From contig CM082595.2 of the NCBI GenBank assembly GCA_040954595.2, forward strand, positions 519,690 to 583,689: a DNA stretch of 64,000 bases, given 5' to 3'. Positions 56,556 to 64,000 of the stretch are shown here, one piece after another. Position 1 is the first letter of the stretch. Every line of letters starts with the position of its first letter. The translations under genes and the position numbers were made by a program. The notes beneath the pieces were generated by a model. The model was not told where the DNA came from. It searched no databases and saw only the letters and a list, made by a program, of their open reading frames with translations. Source of the stretch: Balanoglossus misakiensis (lineage: Eukaryota > Animalia > Hemichordata).

Positions 56556-59500
56556 TCATGTATGTGAAACGGTCACTGATGATAGAATTAGTAGTGTTGC
56601 TAGCTGTCCCTTGGTCAAAACTGGTCTGATCTCCATACAAATGGTTCAGGTAGAACTTTGCAAGGAGTACAGTGTGCAACAGGACATCAAGAGCATTTTA
56701 AGAGTGAATGAATGAATAAACAAAATACAATATAGGCAAAAGCAAGAATATATATGTAGAAAATATACATATAATATATATATTCTTGCTTTTATCTATA
56801 GTGCATTGTATAATGCAAAAACAAGAATGTATTGCTTTTGTCAATACTGTATTAGTTATACTCGTGGGTTTCATAAAAGCAAATCACCCGTCCTGATGAT
56901 TTTGATGTAGAGGTCTGTTTGTGGCCAATTTTCAAAGGCAGCCCCATTGGATTCTTCAATCATTTCTATTATAACCTTGAATTTACCAATCAAGCCCTTT
57001 TCTACTTCATACTTATACAATGAAGCCCCCGGTACATATACATGTCAATGAAAGTGCTTTGTAATGGTCTTCTATTGACGAGCGGTTTGTAAAGAGTTTT
57101 ACAAACACTGGTGAAAGCATTCAAAAGACAGGCACACAATTGAGAATAACCAGGGAGAGAATGTTGCATTCTGCAGCAGGCCATAGTTAGACTACTAGAA
57201 TATAGCAGTATTACTTGCTCAAGAGGTTTTGTCAGTTTTAAAAGCGGTGATGACGTAATGTCTTCAACTAATGCCACGACCTTGTATGAAGTCCTGTGCT
57301 GATAGACTGTGAAATAGTTTGCTGGTGACATGTTACATGCTGTTGATTCAAAGAGACAGTTTAGCATAAAGTCTGCATTTGACGCAAAACTTAATAACGT
57401 TGGTTTATACATTCATACAGTTACCAAGTAATAATCAATCATGTGCCTAGCTGAAGATTGCCTTTTATAGTAAATTAAATACACTTTAATTAACAGAAAA
57501 GGGGTATTAATAAATTAGAACTAAGAAACGGTAATCACTAATGACTTTTAACACTGGATGGTATGCTTGTGGAAATGGCAAAGTTGAAGTTATTCAAAGC
57601 AAAGTGAAGTACCATTTGAGAATGTATTTATAAGTCGTTCAATTATCAATAGTTTCAAGTATTTAATTCTCAATTTAAAAATGTGAAAGTTTTGAAATCA
57701 GAAAACCAAAGCTGCTATTCGTTTATGAGAGTTGGTTTTGTACATTTTGGTGCGTGGGGGTGTATGCATGTGTGGGTGTGTGTGAAATATTTGATCTCCC
57801 TATTTTGTTCAGTGTCTTTAGGTAAACAATTCTGGATCTTTTCTGAAATTTCTGTATTACCCGGTAGTCACAAGCCTATATGTACACACCTGTGTCAATT
57901 TTTTTCAGCCGTTATATGATATGCTTGCCATAAAAAGTTGTAATATGATTCATATTTGAAAGAAAATAGCATATGGAAGGAATGAGTGTAGACTAAACAG
58001 AATCTTAGAGATGTCAAGAAGAGATTTCAACAATTGTCAGCTATTTATAAAATGCATGCAATGACCTGTTGGGTTTTGATGATTGATGTGCAGAACCGAA
58101 ATGGTGCGACGTGAGAAATACCGTACATATTTGTCCTCCCAATCTAGAAGGGTAGGGTTATAATCAGTGTACACAAATACTCTCGGTCAACATATGGATA
58201 TTTGGAGTTGCTGATATCATTACTGTAATAAATGTAATAATCTGAATCATTCAAAGAGAATCCCTGATTGATTTGCTGAAAACTAAACAGAAAATGGCAT
58301 TTCATGAGCAACTTTTTGAGTCTGTATTTCAGTTCCCACAAGACAATTACTGAAGTTCTAGGTGGTCCTGTTACTCAACATATACCAACACTGACATTGC
58401 ATCTGAGGAGTTGCAGTCCTTTCGCATTCCACTGATGGATATTCTTTTAGGACAATGTGGTGTCCAGGCACCCTAGCAGGTTATGTTCAGTCAGGACATC
58501 TGGGAAAAGACATTGAAATTGGCAGACACTCAAGGTAGTTGGTGTAAATCAAGTTTTAGTAGATCAGATTCTTGGGTGTGGCATTTTGCATTTTACTCAT
58601 TGGTATCGTGTGTTTCTTGTGTTGGTGGCAGTTTACCTACAGAGTTTCATTGATCCATTTCGATGGCATTTCACAGCATAAAATGATGCTATTCAATCCT
58701 TTATCAGACTGGCCAATGTGCTATTGTAGTCTTCCTGAAGATACCACATCCTTCCTGGAGTGAAGTCTTTGTAAATGTTTCTGTGTAAGAGTAGTGAGCA
58801 GATTCTTTCTGTAAAGATACTGTGTCCTTCCTGAAGTGCCAGGGTAGTCTATCACGAGGGTGCCATCCTTGTGATGTATAATTGGATGACAGTTAGGGGC
58901 GTTCCCACCCGTTGTGAGCATAACCAGTAGTTGCAACTGCGAGGTAGCAATGACAAGGCTGTGAAAAAAATCCACTTTCAATGGTATAAGATCATCATTT
59001 ATTAAAATTCCTACGCAGATCATTTCCATAATTGGCAGCGCTATACCATAATATGTTTATCAGAGGATTAGCCAATCAGTGACATCCATCACTGCGCTGT
59101 CATTGAAAAAGTTGATACATGCAGGGTGTGTTTCCTAGCAACCTCTACATGCGTCCATAGTTACATGTGCCATACTTTTCAATGCTATCACGCTATAAAC
59201 TCTCTTGGATTGTTCTCGTAACTTCTGATTGTAATACTGAGGGGCTGCGCACATTGGTACTAGAATCTCTGCAAATCATGATGGCTGTGTATAGCTTTAT
59301 CCAAAGACTGGTAACCATATGACATGGCAGTGTACATTATTGACCTGTGTGAACTTTATAGATGCCAACTTTCTCTGATAATATCTGTGATTTCAACCTG
59401 CCCCCCTGGACAGATCTTTTCTTCTCTCAATATTTTGACTGGTGCTAGTCATATTTTATAAATGTAACTTTGAGATAATCCACTATCAGAAATGCTGTGA

Positions 59501-62500
59501 ACTCACATGAAAGTGTCGAACCACGGCCATCATTTCACCTTCTTCAATCACCATTCATGGCAGTCGCACAAAGATACACTTGTCTACATTTTATGAGATG
59601 GTGTTGAACCTACCAGCTGGAATGAAATGGGTACCTCTGTACAGGTACTTGAAGTCTTCAAGTTCCCTTTATGGCCTTATACACTTCTACAGGGCTAAAT
59701 AAAATGCCCAGTTGTCATTGTGTGCACCCGACATCAATCAGTATTGGTTCCTGTCAGTGCCAGTGAAGATAATGAAATTTGCTGGTTTTATAGGTACACC
59801 TCTGACAGGTTGCCTAGAAATTGTTGCAAGGAGGTCATCAAGTCCTTCTAAGATGTGTCACTTTAAGAGAAAATTCGCAGGTGTGCAGAAATTAATTCTA
59901 AGCCAGTTATTAGTTCCTGATTGATTAGTTGGTGATTTATAATGACCAGAGCTGAACTCAAATAGTCGTCAAAGAACTTCTTCCCATGTATGTACATGTA
60001 TGTGTCCTGCTCTCCAGATTTCCTTTGGTTGCCCCTTCCCAAGATTCCAGTGTGCTTTGTGGTAAAGGTCAGAGGTCAAGAAGGACCTTTCCCACGTTTC
60101 AACTTAGATTATGAAGCCCTTGGAGACACAGAGGAGTTTCATGGTGTGTGGTTCCTGAAAGTGGATTTTTATTGCTAAATGAACGTACAAGGGAACGTCA
60201 TTACTGAAAGTAGCTGTTCCTGTGTCCGTCTCCTAAATATAATCATCGTTTGTGCATTGAGCAGAAAAAATACACGAAACAGTACTTTTCACTTACATTG
60301 AATCTGTTTCATCTTCAGTCATTACATGATTTGAACAATCAGGAAAATAAGTGTCTGATCATTAAATGTAGAAGTTTTGGTTGGAGCACTGTGGGAGGTT
60401 ATATGTAAACCTAGGTGGACATTTGAACCAGGTAACATAATGGTGCGTGCGAAATTCTTTGTCTGGGTCTCTGTTGACACCCTCCAGTTGACCTCAAGGA
60501 TATGCCAAGTGGACCAACTGGGTTAAATGAGCATGAATGCCCACTTAAATGCACGGAATGACAATGTCGTCAAAAACCACTGTCGCCGAAAGCCACATGA
60601 GGAAGAGCTGGTCTCGGCCAGGTGGAGTGCAGCACAGGTCAACATTCAGAGAGAGAGAGGGGTCGCCCACACACTCATTTACTGTAATGTTCTACAGACA
60701 CCAAATACTGAAAGAAGCCACACACAGAATATGCATCTTCTATCTGTCTGTGCATATTTTTCTTTTGTATATCCTGTCGTCCATTCAATGTGCAAGATTC
60801 ACCTATTGTGTGTCTTCTGTCAGGCAGTGTTTTCCAGTGAGTGAATTGAGATGACTAAACTACATTCAATGAAGACTAGGCATTGTGAAAGACGCTAGTG
60901 AGTGGATTCATTACAGAAGTACTTCAGATAATTAAGACAGGAAATAGGAAGACAATGAGGAGTAATCCCTGATGGAGAAAAAAACGAGCTGTGGGAGGAT
61001 TGAAGATAATAATCAACTGCTTCATAATTAGCATAGCATTGAAGATTATCTGAGTGAATTACTTGGAAAGAAGACCATTACAATGAATGATGATGACACT
61101 GAAAGTCATGTGGAAAGATGTCTTTGTTAATTATTTTTATGGCTGAAATGTCCTGCCTGCATAATGAAAATATGAAATGGCGTATTCACAAGAGACTATC
61201 AGAAAACGACAAACCTCAAAATGTATGTACACAAACCCAGAGAAATTGTAAGGTTTCCAAAATATATGCATTGATGATGCATTATCAAAGGGGTCATCAT
61301 TGTTCAGTTAACGCACCCATCATTCATCAGCGATAACATCACAGTCCACTACATATTTATGGCAGAATTGCCGTATAATTATAGAGTCTAGTCAATAGGT
61401 TAGTGCATACAGGACAATAAGAACTTCATATTGAAATTTGGCCGACGCAGAGATAAGTTGAGGACTACTCAACACAGATGTGTTTCCACAGTCAACAGTA
61501 AATTGATGTGAGTGACAACATTCTTCTGTTGTCAGGTGAAATGTTCAATGTTAATAAGTGAAAGATTTGACCCCTCCTAAACCATCATCTGTTGCTTAAA
61601 CACCGTTAAACTTTCTAAGTTCAAGATCAAAGCGTCCTAAATGGGCTGGCCAAATAGTTAAAGAGAATGGGGTTTCCGTGTGCAAACAGTGGACAATGGA
61701 ATGAGTGAACAAGAAATTGGCTTTGGTATGTGCCTGTGAAGTATCTGGGTGTCTAGGCCTCAATTATCATTATGGTGGTGATAGGCAAAAGGCTCTTGGT
61801 GTATTAAAAGTCTACATTGTGAAGTCGGGTTCGACTGATTACGTTCATATGGGTCACTCAGGTCATCTGTGCATTCGATAGCTGTGGAAATTGAAAACCT
61901 GCCATGTAGACAGTGGAGCTTCTGTGATTTGCTATTCAAGAAGCACCGAGCAGTGACCTTTGACCTCCTCTCCACCTCTGGTATGTCATTTTTATCGCTC
62001 AGTCCTGTTAGCAGTGGTGGTGATTTACATCCGAAATAAAGACTCCAGTTATCCCCTACCCAGCTTCAGAATGTTCTGTATGTAAATTTTTATTGGGAAA
62101 CTGTGATTTTGATAAGGCTAATTCTGTCTTAAAACACTTGAGTACTTGTACGTCAAATCGTGCGACGAATATCAAGTAGTATAAGAAATGTCTCATTCAT
62201 GCGTGTTCAGACATAATAAATGATTTCATATATAATAAGATATGGAATGTTTTATAATTCATACAGGATGTGTTGCGGAGTTTACTAATATTTTGAAGTC
62301 TGAGTCTGACCAAAATAAAAGTTGATGTCAAAGCGAATACTGTTAGCCCTTTCTCTTGGCGCTATGTACAGTTACTCAACTTTGATAAGGATTGTAATCT
62401 GTTCTAAAATATCTGATAATGATAGCTGGTTTTGCAAAATATGATAAAGATTTTAGAAATTGCTAGTAATAATACCTGATACTTCATACTTGATAACTTT

Positions 62501-63178
62501 TGATTTTGAGGAAATGAATTTGTGAATGTTGTCTGTCAGGAAAGTAACATAGTGTCCATGTCAGATGGTTACCAATAGAGATTTGACCTCATCATCAGCT
62601 GCACTATATTTATTTGACGACCATAACCACTTGGCCTATTTCACTTGGGACCCGCGCGGCTTTCTCTGTCTGAGACTCTTGCACACTCTGAAAATGTTTC
62701 AAGTGTGTATCGTTTGCGCTAATCTGCAAAATTCCTGCACGGTCTGTGCCGTTCAGCGCGACGATTGTCAGTCCATATCCGCGCAGTCAATTTGCAAAAG
62801 AAACTTTTGGTGGTGAGAGTTTGGTGATGCTAATTAGCCATGACAGTTACATAAAGGTGTGTAGAGTTGTCTTACTGGGAGAATAGCGTGTAAACAAACA
62901 GGATGGCCATCAGACTGCCCCGGGCGCTTTTGTGTTGTCCGAGGAATGAAATTGTGTTGAAGGTTGTTTGTATTACGGTGTCTGGCATTTCCATTACATA
63001 GGCCTTTGAACAACTGTGAAGCCCCTTGCATTGTTTAACTGTGTCCAGAATTGGACCGAGGGGTTAAAAAAAGTTTAACATGTAATGTTCTGTTGTGTAC
63101 CTGTGTTACAGTTACATAATCAGAACTGCTACGATCTTTTGTTTTAGAGTGTCATTTATTCATAGATTTCCTTCTGCG

Positions 63179-63281
63179 AGATAGACAAACTTATTGGCAT
63201 CCAGTTTGTCTTGGTGAAGACCCTAGAGCAAGATAGACAAACTTATTGGCATCAAGTTTGTCTTGGTGAAGACCCTAGAGC
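63179..63281. repeat. 52-bp direct tandem duplication with an internal hairpin
   Basis: AGATAGACAAACTTATTGGCATCMAGTTTGTCTTGGTGAAGACCCTAGAGC at 63179 and 63231 (1 mismatch); AGACAAACT/AGTTTGTCT stem. Confidence 0.85.
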
Positions 63282-64000
63282 TGGTCTCTCCCAGATGACA
63301 CTAATTCTAAAGTTTAAATCAACATATTGAACACTAAATAGTAACTGTGTACACCTGTTTGGAGCAAATCAAATATTAATGACCGTTTATCATCTGATAA
63401 CAGAATATCTTGTACACACCTTTATTTATTCATGTGTGTTCACTTCAAGAAATCGCTTCTGATAACAAAACCCACTGCGTGTTGCATATCAGCAAAGTTC
63501 AGTGGGAAAATGGGAAGTTTTGGACGTTTTTCCGAGGTAGACTCCACAATAGAAATAAAGAAGAATCCTGGCCGACTGTACAGCACTATTGGAAGCCATA
63601 CCACAGGAGATGCACATTTAAAACAAAAATGCTTAGCCTTAAGAGTTGTGTTTTCACAGAAAGAAATATACAGTGGGGAACATGACTGTTTTAATTTAGC
63701 CAACCATCCATTTGAAAAGGTCAAGTTTACCTTTGACAACAATGGAATTGACAAAACTATTGTATACAAAAGGGCTGGGCCTGGTGTTGATTGAAGACGG
63801 CTATTAGACCCACAGTACCTGTCAATTTGGGTTTCAATTGATAGTCAATTGATTGGTGCTCATTTTGTCGGCCAAGTATGAGACTTGTAAATAAAGATTC
63901 GTGGGTATTTGCTAAGTCGACTTGCTTCATTAAAATTGCTCTTAAAGTGTATATGCACTTTTGGGTAATAATATTTCTTCTCATTCATTTCTTATGCTTT

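Noticed and set aside
63410-63794. Overlapping 91-120 aa ORFs on both strands
   Set aside because: No recognisable domain, transposase or RT motif and no convincing splice sites.
56170-64000. Alternative transmembrane-agrin exon or Kazal exons (e.g. ORFs 58572-58763, 62565-62816)
   Set aside because: No ATG plus TM helix plus phase-compatible donor, and no follistatin/Kazal cysteine pattern found; treated as intron.

Overview
AT-rich, intron-containing animal genomic DNA, most likely an invertebrate bilaterian (species not determinable from sequence alone). Gene order from hand-assembled exons: DNAJC11 (+, 1894-6589); SFT2D3-like (-, 8454-10210); two tandem PLOD lysyl hydroxylase/glycosyltransferase paralogues (-, PLOD-A 10731-16634, PLOD-B 18377-25634); three Y-RNA-like Pol III genes (-, 26054-28211); G-protein beta (+, CDS 36544-45361); GASK1/FAM198 (+, 49875-51481); an unrecognised six-exon gene (-, 51594-54012); and the first coding exon of agrin (+, 55722-56169), followed by intron to the window end. 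Main findings: (1) three ~1-kb-spaced ncRNA genes with the Ro60-binding bulged-C stem of Y RNAs, U4 terminators and identically spaced PSE-like and TATA elements; (2) a PLOD duplicate that has lost glycosyltransferase motifs but kept the hydroxylase site, with signs of gene conversion and an intron difference; (3) a spliced gene that the ORF track does not assemble. No CRISPR, rRNA or tRNA seen. Comparisons to human proteins and RNAs are from memory, not from database searches.
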